A DNA stretch of 57,929 bases from an uncultured Dorea sp. (GTDB taxonomy: Bacteria; Bacillota; Clostridia; Lachnospirales; Lachnospiraceae): positions 1 through 57,929 of the forward strand of contig CAYOSJ010000001.1 of NCBI GenBank assembly GCA_964406595.1, written 5' to 3'. The notes beneath the pieces are model-generated. The model was not told the origin of the DNA. It saw only the letters and a list, made by a program, of their open reading frames with translations, and searched no databases. Positions 27,388-37,202 of the stretch are shown here, one piece after another. A program made the position numbers and the translations under genes. Position 1 is the first letter of the stretch, and every line of letters starts with the position of its first letter.

Positions 27388-28182
27388 ATGATCACGAGCA
27401 CGGCTAATGGGAAGGTAAAACATCTTGTAAATCTTCAGAAAAAGAGAAAGTTAAGAGATGAAGAACATATATTTCTTGTGGAGGGACTGCGTATGTTTGT
27501 AGAAGTTCCACTCCAGCGGCTTAAGGAAGTGTATGTGTCGGAGACATTTTATAAAAAGGAACAGAAAACGATAGAGAAGATCCTTGGAGGCAGGCATATC
27601 TTTCCGGAGATCTTGTCGGATACCGTCTATGGGCATGTTTCAGATACGAAGACTCCACAGGGAGTGCTGTGTGTCGTAGAAAGAGAGGAACATACGCTGC
27701 AGGAGATGATGAGTCGGGAGGAAGGTCAGCCATTTCTTATGGTGCTTGACAATCTTCAGGATCCGGGGAATCTGGGAACGATCGTACGGACAGCGGAGGG
27801 CGCCGGAGTGACAGGGATCATTATGAGCAGGGAATGTGTGGATATCTATAATCCAAAGACGATCCGTTCTACGATGGGATCCGTGTATCGAATGCCGTTT
27901 TATTATACGGAAGATATTGTGGGAGAAGTGATCCGTTTAAAGGAAGCAGGAATCTGTACTTATGCGGCGCATCTTGAAGGAAAAGTGTCTTATGATGAGC
28001 AGGATTATCGGACGGCATGTGCATTTCTTATCGGAAACGAGGGAAATGGACTGCGTGATGAGGTGGCGGAACAGGCAAAAGAGTATGTACGGATCCCCAT
28101 GAAGGGACAGGTGGAGTCGCTAAATGCGGCGATCGCGTCATCGGTGCTGATGTTTGAGGCAGCGCGGCAGAGAAGGCGGTAG
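27388..28182 (+). CDS. TrmH/SpoU family RNA methyltransferase
   Basis: QDPGNLGTIVR, GNEGNG and IPM.GQVESLNAA SPOUT motifs. Confidence 0.92.
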   Translation: MITSTANGKVKHLVNLQKKRKLRDEEHIFLVEGLRMFVEVPLQRLKEVYVSETFYKKEQKTIEKILGGRHIFPEILSDTVYGHVSDTKTPQGVLCVVEREEHTLQEMMSREEGQPFLMVLDNLQDPGNLGTIVRTAEGAGVTGIIMSRECVDIYNPKTIRSTMGSVYRMPFYYTEDIVGEVIRLKEAGICTYAAHLEGKVSYDEQDYRTACAFLIGNEGNGLRDEVAEQAKEYVRIPMKGQVESLNAAIASSVLMFEAARQRRR

Positions 28183-28286
28183 AAGTGTACAGAAGGGAGA
28201 TTTCAATCGTCAGATAATTGCTTTTGATGGGAAAGTATAGTAATATGGAGAATAAGAGATACTAAGCGGAAGTAAGGAGGAAGTGT

Positions 28287-28730
28287 ATGCAGACAATATA
28301 CTGGTTGCTTATATTTGTAGTATTGTTAGTGATTGAGATATTTACAATGGGGCTTACGACGATCTGGTTTGCGGGCGGCGCACTGGTGGCATTTGCAGCG
28401 GGCATTCTGGGACTGGGACTTCCGGTCCAGGTAATCCTGTTTATCGTGGTGTCTGTCGTACTCTTTATAGGAACAAGGCCGCTTGCGATGAAGTACTTTA
28501 ATAAAGAAAGGGAGAAGACCAATGCAGATAGTCTCATCGGAAAGCAGGCGATCGTGCTAGAAGACATTGATACCTTACAGGCGAAAGGAAGAGTGGAGAT
28601 CCAGGGGCAGGAATGGTCTGCGAGGACGGTGCAGGCAGATGGAAAGGTTGCTGCAGGCACAGTGGTGGTAGTTGAAGAGATTCAGGGTGTAAAATTACTT
28701 GTGAGAGTGAAGGAGGAGAAGAAATGGTAG
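28287..28730 (+). CDS. NfeD family protein
   Basis: Hydrophobic N-terminus, LIGK and GRVEIQGQEWSAR OB-fold; paired with the SPFH gene. Confidence 0.88.
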   Translation: MQTIYWLLIFVVLLVIEIFTMGLTTIWFAGGALVAFAAGILGLGLPVQVILFIVVSVVLFIGTRPLAMKYFNKEREKTNADSLIGKQAIVLEDIDTLQAKGRVEIQGQEWSARTVQADGKVAAGTVVVVEEIQGVKLLVRVKEEKKW

Positions 28731-29665
28731 GAATATTGGGAACTATGTTGATACTTATATTATTGATCATCGGGATACTGCTTCTTATATCCTGTGTAAG
28801 AGTTGTAAGACAGGCACAGGCGCTGGTTGTAGAGAGGCTTGGCGCATATCAGGCGACATGGAGTACAGGGATCCATTTTAAGATCCCGATCATCGACCGT
28901 GTGGCAAGAAGGGTTGATCTGAAAGAGCAGGTTGTAGACTTTGCACCGCAGCCGGTTATCACAAAAGATAACGTTACGATGCGTATTGATACGGTTGTAT
29001 TTTACCAGATTACAGATCCGAAAATGTTCTGTTACGGTGTTGCCAATCCGATCATGGCGATTGAGAACCTGACAGCCACGACACTTCGTAATATTATCGG
29101 TGATCTGGAACTTGACCAGACACTGACGTCCAGAGAGACGATCAATACAAAGATGAGAGCGTCCCTTGACGTGGCGACAGACCCGTGGGGAATCAAGGTA
29201 AATCGTGTGGAACTTAAGAACATTATTCCTCCGGCGGCTATTCAGGATGCCATGGAGAAGCAGATGAAAGCAGAACGTGAGCGCCGGGAGTCCATTCTCC
29301 GTGCGGAAGGTGAGAAGAAATCTACGATCCTTGTAGCAGAAGGCAATAAGGAGTCTGCGATCCTTGATGCGGAAGCAGAAAAGCAGGCGGCGATCCTTCG
29401 TGCGGAGGCACAGAAGGAAGCCATGATCCGACAGGCAGAAGGTGAAGCAGAGGCAATCTTAAAAGTACAAAAGGCGAATGCAGACGGTATCCGTTTCCTG
29501 AAAGAAGCAGGGGCAGATGAGGCAGTTCTTACGATGAAGAGCCTTGAGGCATTTGAGAAAGCAGCAGATGGAAAAGCGACGAAGATCATTATCCCGTCCG
29601 AGATCCAGGGGATCGCAGGACTGGTAAAGAGCCTTGTGGAAATAGGAGAGAAGGATACGGAATAG
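28724..29665 (+). CDS. SPFH/stomatin-like (band 7) protein
   Basis: VVERLG, VITKDNV, TTLRNIIG, WGIKVNRVE and MEKQMKAERERR. Confidence 0.92.
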   Translation: MVGILGTMLILILLIIGILLLISCVRVVRQAQALVVERLGAYQATWSTGIHFKIPIIDRVARRVDLKEQVVDFAPQPVITKDNVTMRIDTVVFYQITDPKMFCYGVANPIMAIENLTATTLRNIIGDLELDQTLTSRETINTKMRASLDVATDPWGIKVNRVELKNIIPPAAIQDAMEKQMKAERERRESILRAEGEKKSTILVAEGNKESAILDAEAEKQAAILRAEAQKEAMIRQAEGEAEAILKVQKANADGIRFLKEAGADEAVLTMKSLEAFEKAADGKATKIIIPSEIQGIAGLVKSLVEIGEKDTE

Positions 29666-29702
29666 CCGACAGGTGAAAGGAATCACATTTGACAGATAGA
29701 GT

Positions 29703-30683
29703 ATGAAAACTGAGATTTTACGATTATTGAAAGAACGCGGAGATTATATTTCCGGGCAGCAGTTGTGCGAACGATTTCAGGTGTCTCGTACGGCGGTGTG
29801 GAAAGTGATCGAACAATTGAAAAAAGAAGGATATGCGATAGAGGCGGTACATGGGAAAGGGTACCGCCTTATAGAGAGCCCGGATATACTTTCCAGGGCA
29901 GAACTGGAAAGTATGATGAACACGGATTGGGCGGGAAAGCAAGTTGTTTATTATGACGAGACAGACTCTACCAATATTCAGGCGCGCCTTGCAGGAGAGA
30001 AGGACGGGGCACACGGGACACTTTTCGTGGCAGACAGGCAGATATCAGGGAAAGGCCGGCGCGGACGTTCCTGGGATTCGCCGACCGGTGTGTGCGTCTA
30101 TATGACATTGCTTCTGCGGCCGGAACTTGCACCTGTAAAAGCACCCATGCTCACGCTGGTGATGGCGCTGAGCGTGGCGGAGGCGGTGCGGGAGCAGACA
30201 GGGCTTGCCGCACAGATCAAGTGGCCGAATGATATTGTATTGAATCAGAAGAAAATATGTGGTATCCTCACGGAGATGAGCACCGAGATTGATTATATCA
30301 ATTATGTGGTGACCGGTGTGGGGATCAATACGAACCAGCCCGGATTCCCGGAAGAACTAGAAAAGACGGCAACATCACTTCTTATAGAAGGTGGAAAGAG
30401 GATCAGGCGTTCCAAACTGATCGCGGCAGTGATGCAGCGGTATGAAGAAAATTACAAGACATTTCTCGAGGCAGGAGATCTGTCAGGGATTCTTGACAGA
30501 TACAACGCATTGCTTGTAAACCGCGGGCGCGATGTGAGGATACTGGAACCACAGGGAGAATACAATGCGCGCGCATTCGGGATCAACAGGCAGGGCGAAT
30601 TGATCGTGATCACAGAAGACGGTGAAGAGAAGAAGATCTATGCAGGAGAGGTGTCCGTGCGCGGAATATACGGGTATGTGTAA
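29703..30683 (+). CDS. birA: Bifunctional biotin ligase / biotin operon repressor
   Basis: N-terminal HTH SRTAVWK, DSTN, GKGRRGRSW, KWPND and KICGILTE. Confidence 0.94.
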   Translation: MKTEILRLLKERGDYISGQQLCERFQVSRTAVWKVIEQLKKEGYAIEAVHGKGYRLIESPDILSRAELESMMNTDWAGKQVVYYDETDSTNIQARLAGEKDGAHGTLFVADRQISGKGRRGRSWDSPTGVCVYMTLLLRPELAPVKAPMLTLVMALSVAEAVREQTGLAAQIKWPNDIVLNQKKICGILTEMSTEIDYINYVVTGVGINTNQPGFPEELEKTATSLLIEGGKRIRRSKLIAAVMQRYEENYKTFLEAGDLSGILDRYNALLVNRGRDVRILEPQGEYNARAFGINRQGELIVITEDGEEKKIYAGEVSVRGIYGYV

Positions 30684-30744
30684 TTAGGGACAGGGTAAAT
30701 TCAATCTGGGACGGGGTAAAATTAATTTTACCCCGTCCCAGATT
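30683..30744. repeat. Palindromic intergenic repeat, copy 8
   Basis: ATTAGGGACAGGGTAAATTC plus perfect 42-bp palindrome 30703-30744 (centre TAAAATT/AATTTTA), between the birA stop and the next RBS. Confidence 0.92.
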
Positions 30745-30755
30745 AAGGAGGATAT

Positions 30756-31088
30756 ATGTACGAGGAAAAAGTTGTGCTTTGTGGCGCGAATTCTTATGAA
30801 GAAAAATATTATCTTAATCCGGATTTTGAGAATCTTCCGGATAGCATCAAAGATGAACTTAAGATTTTGTGTGTCCTGTATGTCAATGACGTGGGGGGAA
30901 TCCTGACGTTGGTGTATGATGAGGACGGTGAACTGTGCTTTGAAGTGATGTCAGAAGAATTTGACCCGATGTTTGACGACATTGGCAGTCAGCTTAAGAT
31001 CAAACAGCTTCGGCAGGAGAAACAGGAACTGCTGCAGGCATTACAGACATATTACAAGGTGTTTTTCCTTGGTGAGGAGGTAGAATAG
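30756..31088 (+). CDS. Conserved hypothetical protein (DUF6145-like)
   Basis: 110 aa, strong RBS AAGGAGG; VLCGANSYEEKYYLNPDF; family name from recollection only. Confidence 0.7.
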   Translation: MYEEKVVLCGANSYEEKYYLNPDFENLPDSIKDELKILCVLYVNDVGGILTLVYDEDGELCFEVMSEEFDPMFDDIGSQLKIKQLRQEKQELLQALQTYYKVFFLGEEVE

Positions 31089-31862
31089 ATGTTACTTGTC
31101 ATTGATATAGGAAATACGAATATTACCCTTGGAGTGTTTCGGGGAGAGGAACTTCTGGGAACTTTCCGTATGATGACGAAGCTTCCACGTACTTCCGATG
31201 AATATGGGATTATGTTAAAGGAATTGGTGGAACGTCAGGGGATTCTCAGCACGGATATTCATGCGGCGATCGTGGCGTCGGTTGTGCCGGATATCATGCA
31301 CTCTTTTGGAAGTGCGCTTATAAAATATTTTGGGATCAAGCCGATGGTCGTATCTGCGGGGATTAAGACGGGTATCCGTATCGTGACGGAGAATCCGAAG
31401 CAGGTAGGGGCAGACCGTATCGTGGATGCGGTTGCGGCATATACGATTCACGGGGGACCGGTCATCGTCATTGACTTCGGAACAGCAACCACTTATGATG
31501 TGGTTGGACCGGACGGGACATTTGACGCGGCAGTGATCGCGCCGGGAATCCGTATCTCCGCCCAGGCAATGTGGGGGGAAGCTGCCATGCTTCCGGCAAT
31601 CGAGATCAAGAAACCGGAGTCCATCCTTGGAAAAGAAACGGTCACCTCTATGCAGGCAGGTATCGTGTATGGGCAGATCGGCCAGACAGAGTATATCGTA
31701 AATAAGATCCGGGAAGAGTCAGGCTACAGGGACGCTAAAGTTGTAGCAAGCGGCGGACTGGGAAAGATGATCGTGCGGGAGACAGACATTATTGATGTGT
31801 ATGACCCGCAGCTTACTTTAAAAGGACTTAGGATTATCTACGAGAAAAATAAGAAACGTTGA
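31089..31862 (+). CDS. coaX: Type III pantothenate kinase
   Basis: [19 protein letters not shown] and IAPG motifs. Confidence 0.94.
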   Translation: MLLVIDIGNTNITLGVFRGEELLGTFRMMTKLPRTSDEYGIMLKELVERQGILSTDIHAAIVASVVPDIMHSFGSALIKYFGIKPMVVSAGIKTGIRIVTENPKQVGADRIVDAVAAYTIHGGPVIVIDFGTATTYDVVGPDGTFDAAVIAPGIRISAQAMWGEAAMLPAIEIKKPESILGKETVTSMQAGIVYGQIGQTEYIVNKIREESGYRDAKVVASGGLGKMIVRETDIIDVYDPQLTLKGLRIIYEKNKKR

Positions 31863-31895
31863 TTTGGGAAAATGTGACAGAAGTGGTGTCGGAAA

Positions 31896-32846
31896 ATGAA
31901 GATAGGAAATATAGAACTTAGCCATCCATATATACTGGCCCCCATGGCAGGCGTGACAGACCTGCCATTTCGTCTGCTCTGTAAAGAACAGGGAGCGGGG
32001 CTTCTCTGTATGGAAATGGTCAGCGCCAAAGCATTGCAATATAAGAATAAAAATACGAAAGCCCTGCTCTGCATCCACCCGGAGGAATATCCGGTGTCCC
32101 TGCAGTTGTTTGGCTCCGATCCGAAGATCATAAGCGAACAGGCGAAAGTGATCGAAGAACTTCCGTTTCAGATCTTGGACATCAACATGGGATGTCCGGT
32201 GCCGAAGGTCGTAAGAAACGGCGAAGGTTCCGCCCTGATGAAGAATCCGAAACTGGTATATGAGATCATCTATGAGACCGTGAGAGCGATTCAAAAGCCT
32301 GTGACGGCAAAGATCCGGAAAGGGTTTGACGATAACAGTATCAATGCGGTGGAGATCGCAAAGGTCATTGAGGAAGCAGGCGCGTCGGCAGTCATCGTTC
32401 ATGGGCGGACGAGAGAGCAGTATTATTCGGGGAAAGCGGACTGGGACATTATCCGTCAGGTGAAGGAGAGTGTGTCGATCCCTGTTGTGGGAAATGGAGA
32501 TGTGACGAGCGGAGAAAAAGCAGTTGCCATGCAGGAAGAGACAGGCTGCGACGGTGTGATGATCGGAAGAGGAGCGCAGGGAAACCCATGGATATTTTCG
32601 GAGTTACTGGAATATGATAAGACAGGTAAGATGCCGGCAAGACCTGATAAAGAGACTGTGAAAAAAACAATGCTTCGCCATGCGCGGCTGCAGTTGGATT
32701 ATAAAGGAGAATATGTGGGGATCCGTGAGATGCGTAAACATGTTGCGTGGTATACCAAAGGAATGAAAGGGGCATCAAAACTCCGGGCGCTTATCAACCA
32801 GGTGGAGAGTTATGAAGAACTGGAAAAATTATTAGAAACATTATAA
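31896..32846 (+). CDS. dusB: tRNA-dihydrouridine synthase B
   Basis: LAPMAGVTD, DINMGCP, HGRTR, NGDV and MIGRGA.GNPW. Confidence 0.93.
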   Translation: MKIGNIELSHPYILAPMAGVTDLPFRLLCKEQGAGLLCMEMVSAKALQYKNKNTKALLCIHPEEYPVSLQLFGSDPKIISEQAKVIEELPFQILDINMGCPVPKVVRNGEGSALMKNPKLVYEIIYETVRAIQKPVTAKIRKGFDDNSINAVEIAKVIEEAGASAVIVHGRTREQYYSGKADWDIIRQVKESVSIPVVGNGDVTSGEKAVAMQEETGCDGVMIGRGAQGNPWIFSELLEYDKTGKMPARPDKETVKKTMLRHARLQLDYKGEYVGIREMRKHVAWYTKGMKGASKLRALINQVESYEELEKLLETL

Positions 32847-32990
32847 TAAAAAAGCGATTCGCGACATATACTTTATCGTGCGAAAGAAAGAAATTTTAAT
32901 GGTGTAAAAATATTGACAATACAATGTGGTTTATGTATAATAATGAAATTGTGAAAGTCTCGTTATTTTTAAGAAAGGAAACAAAGCACT

Positions 32991-33473
32991 ATGGAAACAA
33001 AGAAAAAAATACTTACTTATGCGGGTCTGCAATCACTGGAAGACGAACTGGAGAATCTGAAGGTAGTAAAGCGTAAGGAAGTAGCAACAAAAATCAAAGA
33101 AGCACGCGAGCAGGGAGACTTATCAGAGAATGCGGAGTATGATGCAGCCAAAGACGAGCAGAGGGACATCGAGGCTCGTATTGAAGAACTGGAAGGGATT
33201 CTTAAGAACGCCGAAGTAGTAGTAGAAGATGAAGTTGATTTCAACAAGATAAATGTAGGCTGCACGGTAAAAGTATTTGATATTACATTTGACGAAGAGA
33301 TGGAATTTAAGATTGTGGGCTCTACAGAGGCAAACAGTCTGGAAGGGAAAATATCCAATGAATCTCCGGTAGGGCAGGCATTGATCGGCAAGATGGTGAA
33401 TGATGTCGTGGATATTGAGACACAGGCAGGGATGATGCAGTATAAAGTACTGGACATCAGCCGTTCTATGTAA
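32991..33473 (+). CDS. greA: Transcription elongation factor GreA
   Basis: GDLSENAEYDAAK and ISNESPVG. Confidence 0.96.
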   Translation: METKKKILTYAGLQSLEDELENLKVVKRKEVATKIKEAREQGDLSENAEYDAAKDEQRDIEARIEELEGILKNAEVVVEDEVDFNKINVGCTVKVFDITFDEEMEFKIVGSTEANSLEGKISNESPVGQALIGKMVNDVVDIETQAGMMQYKVLDISRSM

Positions 33474-33561
33474 TATTATTATAGAAACGATTGTTCGAAC
33501 CCCTCAGGATATGAGGGGTTTCGTTGGATAATGAAGGAAAAATAAAAGGAGAGATGTTAAA

Positions 33562-35502
33562 GTGGGAGAACGTAAGGAAAATGTTCAGGAGCCGGATATT
33601 AACCAATTAAGAAAAGTACGTCGTGAAAAACTTGCAGAATTGCAGGCAAACGGCAAGAATCCGTTTGAGATCACCAAATATGATGTGACATGCCATGCAG
33701 CGGATATTAAAGATCATTATGAAGAAATGGAAGGAAAACATGTAAGTCTTGCAGGCCGTGTCATGCAGAAGCGTGTCATGGGCAAAGCGTCTTTCTGTAA
33801 TATTCTTGACCAGAGCGGGAATATTCAGTCTTATGTGGCAAGAGACAGTGTCGGAGAAGAATCCTATAAGGACTTCAAGAAATTGGACATCGGAGATATT
33901 GTAGGTCTTGAAGGAGAAGTGTTCAAGACAAAGACAGGGGAAATATCCATTCACGCATCCGCAGTGAAGCTTCTGTCTAAGAGTCTTCAGATCCTGCCGG
34001 AGAAATATCACGGGCTGACAAATACCGATATGCGTTACCGTCAGAGATATGTGGATCTGATCATGAATACAGATGCAAGAGATACCTTTATCAAACGTTC
34101 CAGAATTTTAAGCGCCATCAGACGTTACCTTGATGGACAGGGATTTCTTGAAGTAGAGACTCCGATGCTGGTAAGCAATGCGGGAGGCGCAGCAGCAAGA
34201 CCATTTGAAACACATTTTAATGCGTTAAGTGAAGATTTTAAACTTCGTATCTCACTGGAACTTTATCTGAAACGTCTGATCGTAGGCGGGCTTGAGCGTG
34301 TATATGAGATCGGACGAGTATTCCGTAATGAAGGGCTTGATACAAGACATAATCCAGAATTTACACTTATGGAACTGTATCAGGCATATACAGATTATAA
34401 CGGCATGATGGATCTGACCGAAAACCTGTACCGCCATGTAGCGCAGGAAGTTCTTGGCACAACGACGATCGTATACAATGGCGTGGAAATGGATCTTGGC
34501 AAGCCGTTTGAAAGAATTACGATGATAGATGCAGTTAAAAAATACGCAGGTGTGGACTGGAATGAAGTGGAGACACTGGAACAGGCAAGAGAACTTGCGG
34601 ACAAGCACCATGTAGAATATGAAGAAAGACATAAGAAGGGCGATATCTTAAGCCTGTTCTTCGAAGAATTTGCAGAGGAACATCTGATTCAGCCGACCTT
34701 TGTAACAGATCATCCGATCGAGATCTCTCCGCTTACGAAGAAGAAACCGGAGAATCCTGAGTATGTAGAGCGTTTTGAGTTCTTTATGAATGGTTGGGAA
34801 ATGGCAAATGCATATTCCGAGCTGAATGACCCGATCGACCAGAGGGAGCGTTTTAAAGCGCAGGAGGAACTTCTGGCGCAGGGAGATGAGGAAGCAAATA
34901 CAACCGATGAAGACTTCTTAAATGCACTGGAGATCGGTATGCCTCCGACAGGTGGTATTGGATTTGGCATCGACAGAATGTGTATGCTTCTTACGGACAG
35001 TGCGGCTATCCGCGACGTCCTCCTCTTCCCCACCATGAAGAGCATGGGTGCTGCTAAGAATGAAGCGAACAACGCAGCACAGGCAGTTTCGGCAGTAAAA
35101 GCAGAGGAAAAACCGATGGAGAAGATTGACTTTTCCAACGTAAAAGTAGAGCCTCTTTTCGAAGAAATGGTTGACTTTGATACCTTCAGCAAGTCTGATT
35201 TCCGCGCTGTTAAGGTAAAGGAGTGTGTGGCAGTTCCGAAGAGTAAGAAACTCCTTCAGTTCACGCTGGAGGACGGAACCGGCGAGGACCGCACGATCTT
35301 AAGTGGAATTCATGCGTACTATGAGCCGGAAGAACTGGTTGGAAAGACACTGATCGCGATCACAAACCTGCCTCCGAGAGCGATGATGGGTGTTGAATCC
35401 TGTGGTATGCTTCTGAGCGCGATCCACACAGAAGAAGGCGAAGAGAGACTTCACCTGCTGATGGTAGATGATCATATCCCGGCTGGTGCAAAATTGTACT
35501 AG
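33562..35502 (+). CDS. lysS: Lysine--tRNA ligase (class II) with extra C-terminal tRNA-binding OB domain
   Basis: [36 protein letters not shown] and DVLLFP, then a ~150-aa extension ([11 protein letters not shown]...[19 protein letters not shown]...GAKLY). Confidence 0.95.
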   Translation: MGERKENVQEPDINQLRKVRREKLAELQANGKNPFEITKYDVTCHAADIKDHYEEMEGKHVSLAGRVMQKRVMGKASFCNILDQSGNIQSYVARDSVGEESYKDFKKLDIGDIVGLEGEVFKTKTGEISIHASAVKLLSKSLQILPEKYHGLTNTDMRYRQRYVDLIMNTDARDTFIKRSRILSAIRRYLDGQGFLEVETPMLVSNAGGAAARPFETHFNALSEDFKLRISLELYLKRLIVGGLERVYEIGRVFRNEGLDTRHNPEFTLMELYQAYTDYNGMMDLTENLYRHVAQEVLGTTTIVYNGVEMDLGKPFERITMIDAVKKYAGVDWNEVETLEQARELADKHHVEYEERHKKGDILSLFFEEFAEEHLIQPTFVTDHPIEISPLTKKKPENPEYVERFEFFMNGWEMANAYSELNDPIDQRERFKAQEELLAQGDEEANTTDEDFLNALEIGMPPTGGIGFGIDRMCMLLTDSAAIRDVLLFPTMKSMGAAKNEANNAAQAVSAVKAEEKPMEKIDFSNVKVEPLFEEMVDFDTFSKSDFRAVKVKECVAVPKSKKLLQFTLEDGTGEDRTILSGIHAYYEPEELVGKTLIAITNLPPRAMMGVESCGMLLSAIHTEEGEERLHLLMVDDHIPAGAKLY

Positions 35503-35536
35503 GAAGACCGGTTTGTCAATAAAACAGGGACGTAGC

Positions 35537-35577
35537 AAATTAAAACTTAGGGGAATTCCTCTGAGTTTTAATTTTTT
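35537..35577 (+). terminator. Intrinsic terminator after lysS
   Basis: AAATTAAAACTTAGGGG-AATT-CCTCTGAGTTTTAATTTTTT. Confidence 0.75.
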
Positions 35578-35682
35578 CTACTATGAATTCTATTGAAAAC
35601 TTGATTTTTCCTGCGGGGGTGGGTATAATATCTATTGAAAAGTAGTACAATATTAAACATAAGTTTTCAATGGAGGTTGGTT

Positions 35683-36984
35683 ATGGAGATTAAGCGTGAC
35701 CGCTATTTGAATAAGCTCATCTCTTTTATGTGGGACGGGCAGGTTAAGGTAATTACCGGCATCAGGCGCTGCGGGAAATCTTACTTGCTTAAAAACCTGT
35801 TCCGTGATTATTTAAGATCTGTCGGGGTGGCAGACGACCATATTATTGAGTTGGCTCTTGACCTGACAAATGATATTCGTTATCGTAACCCTTTGGAGTT
35901 GGCTAAATATGTACGGGTAAAAGTGGAAGGAAAAAGTGAACAGTTTTATCTTTTTGTTGATGAAATTCAAATGTCCGATGAGGTTGTCAATCCTTACAAT
36001 CCTGATGGAAAGAAAATTACTTTTTATGATGCCCTGAACGATTTGAATACTCTGCCAAATCTTGATATTTATGTGACCGGCAGCAATTCAAAAATGCTTT
36101 CTACGGACATTCTTACAGAGTTTCGTGGTCGCAGCGATGAAATTCGTGTCCATCCATTAAGTTTTGCAGAATACTATTCTGCGGTGGGCGGCGATAAGGC
36201 GGATGCTTTTGATGATTATGCCTTTTACGGAGGAATGCCATTGATTTTATCCCGTCCTACTGAGGCGGCAAAGATGAATTATCTGCAATCACTTGTTTCC
36301 GAGGTTTATTTGAAGGATATTGTTGAACGCAAAAAAATTAAAAGAGAGGATGTATTGGCATCTATTCTTGATTTGCTTTGTTCTTCTGTTGGCTCTCTTA
36401 CCAACCCGACGAATATAACGAACACTATCAATTCAAAGCAAAAAAGAGCAGGAGAAAATATTGTAGCACACAATACGGTAAAGGCATACATTGATCATCT
36501 GTCGGATGCGTTTTTGTTCAGCGAATGTAAAAGATGGGACGTGAAAGGCAAGGATTACTTTGACTATCCTAATAAATACTATTGCGAAGATATAGGGCTG
36601 CGAAATGCAAGAATCGGGTTCCGCCAGCAGGAAATGACACATATTATGGAAAATGTCCTGTATAACGAGCTTGTTATCCGAGAATGCGCGGTAGATGTAG
36701 GCGTTGTTTATTCAAATGAAAAGGATTCCAAGGGAAGAACCAATAAGGTTGCAAGAGAAATTGATTTTATTGCAACCTCCGGTGGAAAGAGAACCTATAT
36801 CCAATCTGCTTATGCGCTTCCAACTGAAGAAAAGGCGGAAACCGAAAACAAGCCATTTTCTTTGACCGGAGATTCCTTCCCCAAAATCATTGTTCGTCAC
36901 GACATCCGCAAGCGTTGGTATGACGATAATGGAATATTGAATATCGGTATTATCGACTTTTTACTTGACGATTCGCTGATTTGA
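35683..36984 (+). CDS. AAA+ ATPase (AAA_14/DUF4143-type)
   Basis: GIRRCGKS Walker A, FVDEIQ Walker B, VTGSNS, YGGMP, KYYCEDIG and EIDF. Confidence 0.88.
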   Translation: MEIKRDRYLNKLISFMWDGQVKVITGIRRCGKSYLLKNLFRDYLRSVGVADDHIIELALDLTNDIRYRNPLELAKYVRVKVEGKSEQFYLFVDEIQMSDEVVNPYNPDGKKITFYDALNDLNTLPNLDIYVTGSNSKMLSTDILTEFRGRSDEIRVHPLSFAEYYSAVGGDKADAFDDYAFYGGMPLILSRPTEAAKMNYLQSLVSEVYLKDIVERKKIKREDVLASILDLLCSSVGSLTNPTNITNTINSKQKRAGENIVAHNTVKAYIDHLSDAFLFSECKRWDVKGKDYFDYPNKYYCEDIGLRNARIGFRQQEMTHIMENVLYNELVIRECAVDVGVVYSNEKDSKGRTNKVAREIDFIATSGGKRTYIQSAYALPTEEKAETENKPFSLTGDSFPKIIVRHDIRKRWYDDNGILNIGIIDFLLDDSLI

Positions 36985-37202
36985 GAGTGAAATCTCAATA
37001 AAGGGTAAACAAACAACGGTAGAAATTAAGATAGAAATGGAAGCAATGTCCAGCCTGACTGAAAAGCAGAATAGTCGGATATAATATTTCTAAATATATC
37101 CGCAAAATAATGATAATCAAAATAGTTTTGCGATTTATAATCGCAAAACTATTGCTTCCATAAAGGGAGTGCGGTATAATTAAATCCGTGGAGGTGGTCA
37201 TA

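Noticed and set aside
33497-33522. Hairpin between greA and lysS as a T-box or lysine riboswitch
   Set aside because: The intergenic region is only ~88 bp with no T-box AAGGTGGTACC-like motif; a simple hairpin suffices.
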